Below, piece after piece: positions 33,572-41,711 of a stretch of DNA of 43,681 nucleotides. The notes under the pieces were generated by a model. That model was given only the letters and a program-made list of their open reading frames with translations. It had not been told where the DNA came from and searched no databases. The DNA comes from Verrucomicrobiia bacterium. GTDB lineage: Bacteria; Chloroflexota; Limnocylindria; Limnocylindrales; CSP1-4. The position numbers and the translations under genes are program-made. Numbering within the stretch: the first letter of the stretch is position 1; each line of letters starts with the position of its first letter. The DNA is taken from positions 1 through 43,681 of the forward strand of contig DATNBW010000245.1 in assembly GCA_035607275.1 (NCBI GenBank), read 5' to 3'.

Positions 33572-34774
33572 TCAGACGACCCGGCGACCACCCTGCCAGA
33601 CCTGCTCGACTCGATCGCCCAGATCCGTGAAGTCGTACGGATCGCCGGCCACGACGGCCAGGTCGGCCAGCTTGCCCTCGGCGATCGTGCCCAGCTCACC
33701 GTCGACGCCCAGGAGCTCGGCGGCCGACCGCGTCGTCGCCTCGAGCACGGCCGACGGCGCCATCCCGCCGTCGGCCATCAGCTGGAGCTCGCGCAGGTTC
33801 CGGCCGTGGGGGGTCACGCCGCTGTCGGTGCCCATCGCGATCCGCACGCCGGCCTCGACCGCGCGACGGAACGCCGAGCGGTGGATGTCGATGACCATCC
33901 GGGCCTTGTCGACGACGGCCGGCGGCAGGCTCACGCCGGCGTCGACCGCGTCGAGGACGCCCTGCGGCGCCACGAGGGTCGGGACGAACCAGGTGCCGCG
34001 CTGAAGCATCAGCTCGATCGCCTCGTCGTCGAGGTAGATCCCGTGGTCGATCGAGCGGATCCCGGCCCGGACCGCGTTCTTGATCCCGTCGGCGCCCTGG
34101 GCGTGGGCCATGACGAACATCCCGGCGGCCGTCGCCTCCTCGACGAGCGCCTCGAGCTCGGCCGGCCGGAAGTGGGCCCGGCGCGGATCGTCGCGCGGGG
34201 AGAGGACGCCGCCCGAGGTCGCGACCTTGATCACGTCGGCCCCGTCGCGATGGAGCTCGCGGACCTTGCGCCGGACCTCGTCGACCCCGTCGACGATCCC
34301 GGATGGCCGGCCGGGATGGGGGACGAACAGCGGCACCGTATTCCCGGACGCGAACCAGTCGTCACCATGGCCGCCGGTCTGGCTGAGCATGATGATCGAG
34401 ATCTGGAGCCGGGGGCCGGCGATCGACCCGTCGGCGACGGCCTGCTTGATGCCGAGATCGGCGCCGCCCGCGTCGCGAACCGAGGTGATCCCGATCGCCA
34501 GCGTCTTCCGGAGGTTCTTCGCCGCCTCGTAGAACTCGTACGAGAACGGCTGCTGGTTGTGGCCCCACAGGTCGACGTTCGAGAGGCAGACGTGGGTGTG
34601 GCAATCGAACATCCCCGGCAGGATCGTCCGGTCGCGAACGTCGATCTCGACATCGCCGTCGAGCCCCGATCCCAGGCCGACGATCCGCCCGTCCTCGATC
34701 GCCACGTCGGCAGGCGCCGGGTCGCTGCCCGTCCCATCGAAGACGCGGCCACCCCTGAGCACGGTTCTGGTCAT
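33572..34774 (-). CDS. amidohydrolase family (metal-dependent hydrolase) protein
   Basis: VFDGTG...DVAIEDGRIVGLG...ILPGMFDCHTHV (HxH metal motif). Its start overlaps the thioesterase stop (ATGA at 34771-34774). Confidence 0.85.
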   Translation of the reverse strand: MTRTVLRGGRVFDGTGSDPAPADVAIEDGRIVGLGSGLDGDVEIDVRDRTILPGMFDCHTHVCLSNVDLWGHNQQPFSYEFYEAAKNLRKTLAIGITSVRDAGGADLGIKQAVADGSIAGPRLQISIIMLSQTGGHGDDWFASGNTVPLFVPHPGRPSGIVDGVDEVRRKVRELHRDGADVIKVATSGGVLSPRDDPRRAHFRPAELEALVEEATAAGMFVMAHAQGADGIKNAVRAGIRSIDHGIYLDDEAIELMLQRGTWFVPTLVAPQGVLDAVDAGVSLPPAVVDKARMVIDIHRSAFRRAVEAGVRIAMGTDSGVTPHGRNLRELQLMADGGMAPSAVLEATTRSAAELLGVDGELGTIAEGKLADLAVVAGDPYDFTDLGDRVEQVWQGGRRVV

Positions 34775-35595
34775 GTGCCGTCCTCCGAATCGAGCTCCGG
34801 GTCCGCGGCCGCCGGCCCGGTCGCGAGGCGAGCCCGGAAGCGGTCGGCGCCGCCATCGACACCGGCCAGCCGGTAGCTCCAGCCGGTCTCGTCGGGCCAG
34901 GCCGCGTCGTCGAGCTCGGCCCCGGCCTCCACCACGAGGGCGTACTCCATTCTGTAGCGGCGCGGCAGCTCGGTCGTCGCGCGCCGCGCAGCGACGGGAT
35001 CGGCCGTGGCGACGATGCTCTCCTCGAGCCAGTCGAGATACACGGCATTGTTGGCGTGGTCCATCGGATCGAGCTCGTGGGGCCGGACGGCGAACTGACG
35101 ATGGGTCGCCCCGGGCGGGGTCGGCGGCAGCGGGATCCGCCCGACCGAGCCCATCAGCTCGGTCCCGCCGAAGGTCTCGGGGAAGATCGCCGGGATGCGC
35201 GTCAACGCGCCGCGGGCGTCGATCAGGACCCAGTCGGTGTGGACCCAGCCGGCGAGCGTCCCGTCGGCCAGACGGAACTCGCCGCGTCGCCGGGCGAAGA
35301 CCCGCCGGATCCCGACGATCGCGGTCCGGGCACTGATCGTCGAGCCCATCTCCGGTGCGGCGAGGATCACCAGCTCCGCCGCCCGGACGAGCCAGGTCAG
35401 GCCGCGCTCCGCGTACCAGGCCCGCCCGAAGCCGAGATCGGCCGAGTGCTGCCAGGCGAGGTCCTGGGCGTAGCGCATGAAGCCGGAGGTCCGCAATGCG
35501 CCGTCCGGGCCGGCCTCGTCGAATCGGACGCGGTAGGTGGTCTCCCAGGTCGACCGGCCCTGACCGAGCGGCTCGCCGGCCGCGGCTGCGTTCAC
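34771..35595 (-). CDS. acyl-ACP thioesterase family protein (double hotdog)
   Basis: YRVRFDEAGPDGALRTSGFMRYAQDLAWQHS...GLTWLVR...WVHTDWVLID, and a second-half DHANNAVYLDWLEE pattern. GTG start at 35595. Confidence 0.8.
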   Translation of the reverse strand: MNAAAAGEPLGQGRSTWETTYRVRFDEAGPDGALRTSGFMRYAQDLAWQHSADLGFGRAWYAERGLTWLVRAAELVILAAPEMGSTISARTAIVGIRRVFARRRGEFRLADGTLAGWVHTDWVLIDARGALTRIPAIFPETFGGTELMGSVGRIPLPPTPPGATHRQFAVRPHELDPMDHANNAVYLDWLEESIVATADPVAARRATTELPRRYRMEYALVVEAGAELDDAAWPDETGWSYRLAGVDGGADRFRARLATGPAAADPELDSEDGT

Positions 35596-35611
35596 CGGCC
35601 GTTCACCGGCC
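35590..35611 (-). repeat. perfect 11-bp tandem duplication (coding strand GGCCGGTGAAC x2) at the ORF-C stop / thioesterase start junction
   Basis: On the coding strand the upstream copy (plus-strand 35601-35611) carries the TGA of ORF-C. The downstream copy (plus-strand 35590-35600) carries the GTG of the thioesterase gene. Confidence 0.95.
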
Positions 35612-36289
35612 GCCGAGTCGATCGAGGTCCTCGAGGGCGATCAGCCGGGTCGCGTCGTGCGGCGCCGTCTGCCGCTCGAGGCGGACCGCGCACGACCGCT
35701 CGGCGTCGAAGACGACGATCGTCGCGGTCAGCTGCTCGTCCTCGTCGGCCGCGTGGGTCCGCGCGTCGTCGAGCTGATGGAGGACGTCCGCGTTGATCCC
35801 GCGCGCACCCCACTTGCAGTCGATCGCCTCCGCGGCCCCGGGCGTCTCGACCGTCACGTCGTACGGGTGGATCTCCGCGCGGACCCCGTCGAAGAGGACC
35901 CGCCGCTCGCGGCGGACGGCGGTCGACGTCGCGCCGATCCCCGGTCGGCGTCGCACGAGCGCCTCGGTGACCGACTCGACGATCGCGCCGCGGACCTGCG
36001 ATCGGACCTGCTCGCCTCGCTCGGCGACCTCGAGAGACAGGGCGAGGATCGCCTCGCTCCGGGCGCGCTCCGGACCGTCGCTTGGGGCACCCGCGCCGAA
36101 CAGGCTCGGGAACATCGCCGCCCACGTTCCCGGTGTCGTCGACATCCCGTTCATCACGGCTCGGGCGAGGATTCGCTGGTCGTGAGTCGCGTCGGCGAGC
36201 AGACCCGCAGCACGGGCGACGAGCGGATCGGCCTGGATCCCGGCGTAGACGACCGCCCGCGCGTCCGGCGATGCGTCCTGGAACCTCAC
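35603..36289 (-). CDS. hypothetical protein (ORF-C) with C-terminal PD-(D/E)xK / DUF234-like nuclease-fold motif
   Basis: Its GTG overlaps the ORF-B stop (GTGA at 36286-36289) and GC3 is high throughout. The motif is EIHPYDVTVETPGAAEAIDCKWGARGINADVLHQL. An alternative start is the ATG at 36154. The upstream part of the 497-aa track ORF was rejected. Confidence 0.55.
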   Translation of the reverse strand: MRFQDASPDARAVVYAGIQADPLVARAAGLLADATHDQRILARAVMNGMSTTPGTWAAMFPSLFGAGAPSDGPERARSEAILALSLEVAERGEQVRSQVRGAIVESVTEALVRRRPGIGATSTAVRRERRVLFDGVRAEIHPYDVTVETPGAAEAIDCKWGARGINADVLHQLDDARTHAADEDEQLTATIVVFDAERSCAVRLERQTAPHDATRLIALEDLDRLGGR

Positions 36290-36591
36290 GGCCGCTCGCC
36301 GACGGCGACGAGGAGGACCTGGGGGAACGTCGAGAGCCAATCGATCGCGCGGTGGGGATCGTCGACCAGCCCGGCCTCGGTCACGAGCGCCGCGACCGCC
36401 TCCGCGACGCCGGTCCCCGCCGGCTCGCCGCCGTGCGCGTCGACGACCGCCTCGAACCGCTCGACCCAGGCCGAGGCGAGATCGTTGATGTACGACCACT
36501 CGTCCTCGACGTCCTCGGCCAGTGCCGCCAGGTCGTCGTATGCGGGCCGGGCAGCGGCGATCGCCGCACCGACGGTGGTGATGGGATCCAC
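36286..36591 (-). CDS. hypothetical small, highly acidic protein (ORF-B; 101 aa, 19 D/E, 4 R, 0 K)
   Basis: GTG start four codons after an in-frame TAG. GC3 is high. It is translationally coupled to ORF-C. I recognise no family. Confidence 0.55.
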   Translation of the reverse strand: MDPITTVGAAIAAARPAYDDLAALAEDVEDEWSYINDLASAWVERFEAVVDAHGGEPAGTGVAEAVAALVTEAGLVDDPHRAIDWLSTFPQVLLVAVGERP

Positions 36592-36693
36592 GGCGCAAGA
36601 CTAGCGCGACGGCAGGGCGGGACGGGGCGACGTCTTCCGGCGGGATCGCGGCGGGCGGTCGCGGTCGGCGCGGTCGCGCAGGACGGGCGCCGG

Positions 36694-36993
36694 TCAGCGG
36701 ACGGTGGCGGGCCGCCGTCGGAGGGACCAGCCGCGCGGACGCTCCGCGGCCGTCAGGCCGCGCTGCGCGCGAGCGAGAAGTCCGAGGAGCTGGCGACGCG
36801 CCGACTCGTCCCATGCGTCCGAGTAGGCGCGGGTCGCGTCGACCCGGATCCTGCCGGCATCGAGGCGCGCGCCGATCCGCTCGAGGTCGGCGACACGATC
36901 GAGGATCGCCCGGTAGATCTCGGGCAGGTCTTCGGCAAGCGTGGCCACGGGCTCGACGGACGGGGGGACCGCTGGGGAAGGTCGGGACTCCAT
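36694..36993 (-). CDS. hypothetical small helical protein (ORF-A, 99 aa)
   Basis: ATG at 36993. The product MESRPSPAVPPSVEPVATLAEDLPEIYRAILDRVADLERIGARLDAG... is protein-like with high GC3. It corresponds to the C-terminal part of the 426-aa track ORF, whose upstream part is Arg-rich shadow. Confidence 0.5.
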   Translation of the reverse strand: MESRPSPAVPPSVEPVATLAEDLPEIYRAILDRVADLERIGARLDAGRIRVDATRAYSDAWDESARRQLLGLLARAQRGLTAAERPRGWSLRRRPATVR

Positions 36994-37169
36994 CACGCTG
37001 CACGATGCCCGCCGACGCCGAAACGGGGTATCGGAAACTCGTCCGGGTCCGCGACGGCGAAAGTCCCGATCGGGACCGAACGGTTCCTGCACGCACCGGA
37101 ACATGGCCGCCGACCGCGGTCTCCGGGCCGTTTCGGGGCCATGCAGCGAATGCGCGCCGAGCCCCGCGA

Positions 37170-37490
37170 TCAGTCCCCGCCGTGGGCGCCGGACCGGATC
37201 CGGAACCGGTCGAGGCGGCCCGTACCGGTCATGCGCACCGTGTCGACGGCCTCGACCATCGCCCCGAGGGGACCCATCCGGAGCGTCGCCTCGAGAGCGT
37301 CGAGCGCGGCCGGCGACCCCTCGGCGACGCACTGCACACTGCCGTCGGGGGCATTCGCGACCCATCCGACGAGGTCGAGCTCGAGTGCCCGGCGGACGAC
37401 GAAGTAGCGGAACCCGACCCCCTGCACGCGGCCGCGCACCGTGGCCTCGAGGCGGGCTGGCCGGAGCTCGGGGGCGCGCTGCTCGGTCAC
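37170..37490 (-). CDS. acyP: acylphosphatase
   Basis: It carries the signature VRGRVQGVGFRYF and GWVANAPDGSV. Its GTG start overlaps the holB stop (GTGA at 37487-37490). Confidence 0.85.
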   Translation of the reverse strand: MTEQRAPELRPARLEATVRGRVQGVGFRYFVVRRALELDLVGWVANAPDGSVQCVAEGSPAALDALEATLRMGPLGAMVEAVDTVRMTGTGRLDRFRIRSGAHGGD

Positions 37491-38938
37491 GAGCGGAGCC
37501 CGGTCCGCGGCCAGTGGAGGAGCAGCGTGTCGACGACCAGCTCGGGGCGGACGTTCGCCTCGAGCAGCTCGCCGGCGGTGTCGAGCCGGCCGAGGAACCG
37601 CCCGAGGCCGGCCCCGGCAGGAGGCGCCCCATTCGCTGTGGAGCCCGCCTGGGGTACGCCGAGGCGCGTCGCCGCCTCGCGAAGGTCGTCGAGGAGGGCC
37701 GGGTCACGAACCTGGCGCTCCTCACCGAGAACGACGACGAGCAGGTCGCGGGCGAGCTCCCGCCACAGGCCGACGAGGATCGATGCCGCACGGCGGCGCT
37801 CGGCAGCGGGCACGGAGGTCTTCCCGCCGGTCTCCTCGGCGGTGTCGCCGTCGGCGGCGGTTTCCGCGTCGTCGGAACCGGTCGAACCGCCGCCTGGCGA
37901 GGGACCGCCCGAAACGGGACCGGCGGCGAGACTCGCGGCCGGCATCGTGGGGCTCGCGGCAGGCCCCGGGGCACGCGTCCGTCCGCGCCTGGCGGGCTGC
38001 GCCACGCCGGCCTCCGAGCCCTCGTCGACGGCGGCGGCCCGATCGATGGCGCGGGCCAGCTCGGTGGCCCGGGCGGTCAGGTCGCGAACCGCCGCGAGTC
38101 GAGGAGCCGGCGTCGCATCGAGCAGGTCGAGCAGCGAGCGCGCGATCTCGTCGCGCGCCGCGACCGCGTCCGGTGCCCGCGCGAGCACCCGGGCGGCGCC
38201 CGGCCGGCCGGCCGCGATCCGCGCGAGACGTGCGGCCAGCGGCGGCTCGGCGACGCCCGCCTCGGTCAGGATCGTCTCGATTTCGCGCGTCGCGACCGGG
38301 CCGAGCCGGACCCGCGCCGATCGGGACCGGACGGTCGGCAGGAGTCGATCCTCGTCGTCGGCGCACAGGACGATCGTGACCCCGGCCGGCGGCTCCTCGA
38401 GCGTCTTGAGGAGGGCCGTCTGCGCGTCGTCGGTCAGACGGTCGGCCCGTTCGACGATCGCGACTCGCGCTCCGCCCTCCACGGACATGAGGACGAGATC
38501 CGACGCCAGCCGCCGGACGGTCCCGTCCTCCGGCCGGTCGCGGGCCCCGATCCGGATCTGGTCGCCCGGCCCCGACGGCGCCAGCCGGTGGACGTCGGGA
38601 TGACGGCCGCGCTCGACCAGGCGGCAGCCCCGACACGCCCGGCAGGGTCGGGCGAGTGGATCGGGGTCGTCGCAGAGCAGGCCCGCGGCCAGGTCGAGGG
38701 CGAGCGTCGTCTTGCCGATCCCGGGCGGCCCGCTGATCAGGATCGCGTGCGGGACCCGGCCCGCGATCATCCGCCGGACGCTCGCCACGGCCCGCTCGTG
38801 ACCCCGCGTCCGGATCTGCCCGGACGCCGCCGCGAAGCCGTCACGGGCCACGTGGGCGGTGCCGGCCGAGGTCAGCTCGGGTGTGCCGGCCCGGGCCGGC
38901 TCGGCGGAGCCGGCGGGGGCCGGCTTCGCGGTCCGCAT
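37487..38938 (-). CDS. holB: DNA polymerase III subunit delta' with internal low-complexity insertion
   Basis: HAILISGPPGIGKTTLA (P-loop-like), a zinc-module-like CRACRGCRLVERGRHPD, TALLKTLEEPP and PTVRSRS (SRC motif). The start was trimmed to the ATG at 38938. Confidence 0.85.
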   Translation of the reverse strand: MRTAKPAPAGSAEPARAGTPELTSAGTAHVARDGFAAASGQIRTRGHERAVASVRRMIAGRVPHAILISGPPGIGKTTLALDLAAGLLCDDPDPLARPCRACRGCRLVERGRHPDVHRLAPSGPGDQIRIGARDRPEDGTVRRLASDLVLMSVEGGARVAIVERADRLTDDAQTALLKTLEEPPAGVTIVLCADDEDRLLPTVRSRSARVRLGPVATREIETILTEAGVAEPPLAARLARIAAGRPGAARVLARAPDAVAARDEIARSLLDLLDATPAPRLAAVRDLTARATELARAIDRAAAVDEGSEAGVAQPARRGRTRAPGPAASPTMPAASLAAGPVSGGPSPGGGSTGSDDAETAADGDTAEETGGKTSVPAAERRRAASILVGLWRELARDLLVVVLGEERQVRDPALLDDLREAATRLGVPQAGSTANGAPPAGAGLGRFLGRLDTAGELLEANVRPELVVDTLLLHWPRTGLRS

Positions 38939-38981
38939 CACGGATTCGTCGTTCGGCGAGGTCGAGCCGACCAGCCGCAGG

Positions 38982-40994
38982 TCAGGCCGGATCGGCCTTC
39001 TTGCGGGTCGTCCTGCGCTTCGGCGCGGCCGTCTCGCTCGCCGGAGCGGCGCCGTCGTCCGCCCCGGACGTCGAGTCGGACGCGGAGCCCGCGCCGCCGG
39101 CCTTCGTCCGTGTCGGCCGGCGCTTCGGGACAGCGGTCGCCTCGGTAACCGGTGCCGACTCGACGGTCGGCGCCGCATCGGCATCGGCCTTCTTCCGGGT
39201 CACCGTCCGGCGCTTCGCTGGCGCCGGCGCCGCGACCGCGTCCGTCGCCGCCTCGGCGGTCGAGGCCGGCGTGCCGGTCGACGTGTCGTCCACGGCCTTC
39301 TTCCGGGTCGTCCGGCGCTTCGGCGCGGCCGTCTCGATCGGCGTCTCGGTCATCGTCTCGATCTCACCGGCCGCGCCGGCCGCTTCGATCCTCGACGACG
39401 CCCGCGTCGGCTCGGACCGGCGCCCCTTCGGAGACTGCGCGAGCTGGGCTCGGAGCATCTCCTCGAGCTCGGGCGGCACCTCGCTCCACGGATCCCCGGA
39501 CTTCGGGGCGGGCCGGTCGAAGCGCTCGGCGCTCTGGGGTCGCGAGTAGCTCGCGTCCTGGCGGGCGTAGCCGCCCTCCTGCCGACCGCCGCCGGAACGA
39601 CCCGACTGGCCGCTCTGACCGGTCCGGCCGCTGACATCCGGATAGCGATTGATTCCGCCACCGCCGCCGCGCCCGTAGCGCTCACGATCGATGGCCGCGC
39701 TGTACGCGCTTCGGCCGCCGCGCGGACCGCCTCGGCCCTGGCCGCCGCGTCCACCCGGTGCGCCCTGGCCCTGGCGACCGCGGCGCTGCTCGGCGATCAG
39801 GTATTCGGGGATCTCGGGCTCGTCGAAGTCCTCGTCGTCGGCCACGGGCCCGAGCGTGGACGGCGCCGACGTCGGCGTTCCGAGCTGCGAGTCCCAGACC
39901 GAACCGAACGGCGTCGTCCGCGGACCGCGCGGGGCCGGGGTGGCCTCGGGCTCGTCGTCCTCGTCCTCGTCCTCGTCGAGCGGCGCGGCGTCCGCCGGGC
40001 CGGTCTCGCCGGCCGGCGTCACCTCACCATCGCGCCCACGTCCGCGTCCGCGACCGCGACCACCGCGCCGGCGGCGGCGCCGGTGGCCGGCCTCGCCCTC
40101 GCCGTCGGCGTCGGCATCGCCGCCCGCGGCCACCTCGGCGGTTCCGCCGGGGATCGACTCGGGATCGATGTCGAACGGGGTCAGCTCCTCGTCGTCGAGC
40201 TCCTCGCCGGGGGCGGCAAGGGGCGCCGACGCCGCCGGCGCGACCCGCGACAGCTTCTCACCGGGCAGGACCGTGATCGCGCCGTTGCCGGCCACGACCG
40301 GTGCCGCCGCGGCGGGCTCGGCCGCGACGCGTGCCGCGCCCGTGCGCCCGCCGGTCCGGCTGCGAGCGGCAACCGGCTCGGCCTCGCCCGGCCGGCCGCG
40401 TCCGCGACCACGGCCGCGACCGCGCTGACCGGTGCCCTCGGTCTGCTTGTCCGGGACCTCGGTCATCGACAGGTCTTCGTCGTCACCGGCGACGCGGCGC
40501 CCCGAGCGCGAGGACGTCTTGTCGACGCGCGCCAGCTGGGTGATGTCGGTGAACAGGTCGGCGACCTCGATCAGGTCCGACGACGTGTTCCCGCGGAAGC
40601 TGACGACCTCGACCCGGACGCCCATCTCCTGGACCGCGCGGATCGCCGGGGCGAAGTCGCCGTCACCGGAGATCACGATCGCGATGTCGAGGTTGCGGGC
40701 CGTCTTCATCAGGTCGACGACGAGCTCGATGTCGAGGTTCGCCTTGACCTTGCCGTCGCCGTACTTGCGGATGTCCTTGCTGACGACCTTGTACTGGTTC
40801 CGGGCCAGGAAGGCATGGAAGTTGCGCTGGTTCTCGTTGTCGGGGTCCAGCCCCGTGTAGGCATACGCCCGCACGAAATCGCGCCCGGCGGTGGTCGCCT
40901 TGAGCAGCGTGACGTAGTCGATGTCGGTTCCGGCCGCCTTGGCCGCATAGAAGATGTTCGCCACGTCAACGAAGACGGCGACGTTCTTTCCCAC
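38982..40994 (-). CDS. NYN (LabA/PIN-like RNase) domain protein with about 500-aa RG/RGG-rich and basic-repeat disordered tail
   Basis: GAGGAG RBS before the GTG at 40994. The N-terminal 150 aa match the NYN pattern (VAVFVDVANIFY...DIELVVD...IAIVISGDGDFAPAI). The rest is low complexity (see findings). Confidence 0.85.
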   Translation of the reverse strand: MGKNVAVFVDVANIFYAAKAAGTDIDYVTLLKATTAGRDFVRAYAYTGLDPDNENQRNFHAFLARNQYKVVSKDIRKYGDGKVKANLDIELVVDLMKTARNLDIAIVISGDGDFAPAIRAVQEMGVRVEVVSFRGNTSSDLIEVADLFTDITQLARVDKTSSRSGRRVAGDDEDLSMTEVPDKQTEGTGQRGRGRGRGRGRPGEAEPVAARSRTGGRTGAARVAAEPAAAAPVVAGNGAITVLPGEKLSRVAPAASAPLAAPGEELDDEELTPFDIDPESIPGGTAEVAAGGDADADGEGEAGHRRRRRRGGRGRGRGRGRDGEVTPAGETGPADAAPLDEDEDEDDEPEATPAPRGPRTTPFGSVWDSQLGTPTSAPSTLGPVADDEDFDEPEIPEYLIAEQRRGRQGQGAPGGRGGQGRGGPRGGRSAYSAAIDRERYGRGGGGGINRYPDVSGRTGQSGQSGRSGGGRQEGGYARQDASYSRPQSAERFDRPAPKSGDPWSEVPPELEEMLRAQLAQSPKGRRSEPTRASSRIEAAGAAGEIETMTETPIETAAPKRRTTRKKAVDDTSTGTPASTAEAATDAVAAPAPAKRRTVTRKKADADAAPTVESAPVTEATAVPKRRPTRTKAGGAGSASDSTSGADDGAAPASETAAPKRRTTRKKADPA
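38994..39336 (-). repeat. intragenic DNA repeats encoding the (A)PKRRTTRKKA motifs of the NYN protein tail
   Basis: The 43-nt segments 38994-39036 and 39294-39336 are 41/43 identical and exactly 300 nt apart. Two more diverged copies lie between them. Confidence 0.85.
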
Positions 40995-41059
40995 CTTGAC
41001 TCCTCAGAAGATGTCGGACGAGGACCGTCGGCGCGATCACGCTGCCTGGCGGCCTCGAG

Positions 41060-41578
41060 TCAGTTCCTGCTTCGTCCTCCGGCGGCTCCGACCGTGGCCA
41101 CCCGGCACTCAGCACGCGGACCGGATTCGACGAATCCATGACGTTCCAGGCGGGTCCGCTCCACCGGGTCGTCGGAGAGGGCTGCCTCGACGATGCTGCA
41201 GCCCTTGTTGCGCGCCGATCGGAGGATCTCCTCCAGCAGCGCGTCGGTGACGCGGTCCGCGTCATGGTCGGGATCGACCACGATGAGGTCCACGGCGCCG
41301 ACGAAGCCACCGGCCCGGACGGACGGGCGGAGGGCGAGGACCGCGCCTCCGACCACTTCGCGCCTGGCCTCGGCAATGAAGATGCTCGCCTGGGGGAGGT
41401 AGACCAGCTGTCGGAGCAGGTCTCCCGAATCCATCGATCCCGCAACCCCGGGCGAGCGAACCGACCCGCCGCTGAGCGCGACGAGCCGTTCGATGTCCGT
41501 GATGCGAGCCGGGCGGATCAGGTATTCCACGCGGGCGAAGGCACCTCGTGTGGTCGGCTGGAGCAATGGAATTCGCAT
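41060..41578 (-). CDS. GNAT family N-acetyltransferase
   Basis: IRPARITDIERLVAL..., IFIAEARREVVGGAVLAL, VDPDHDADRVTDALLEEILRSARNKG. The start was trimmed to the ATG at 41578. Confidence 0.75.
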   Translation of the reverse strand: MRIPLLQPTTRGAFARVEYLIRPARITDIERLVALSGGSVRSPGVAGSMDSGDLLRQLVYLPQASIFIAEARREVVGGAVLALRPSVRAGGFVGAVDLIVVDPDHDADRVTDALLEEILRSARNKGCSIVEAALSDDPVERTRLERHGFVESGPRAECRVATVGAAGGRSRN

Positions 41579-41683
41579 CCTTTGCCGATCGGGGGCGGGT
41601 CGGTTCGCATCGTCGTCGACGGGACCTCGCGGGAGGGCGAGCCAGAGGCTCGACAGCACACGCCCGGGTCGCGTCAACCGTAG

Positions 41684-41711
41684 TTGCATTCGGTCCGCTG
41701 GCGCCTATGAT
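41684..41711 (+). promoter_or_regulatory. candidate sigma-70-type promoter TTGCAT-N16-TATGAT, about 235 nt upstream of the solute-binding-protein gene
   Basis: Hexamers at 41684-41689 and 41706-41711, read directly. Confidence 0.4.

Noticed and set aside
36290-37974. N-terminal extensions of track ORFs 35603-37096 and 36694-37974, and similarly 37487-39184 and 26531-28198
   Set aside because: The extensions are Arg/Pro-rich and overlap better-supported genes in other frames. Starts were trimmed to positions with RBSs or GTGA/ATGA coupling.
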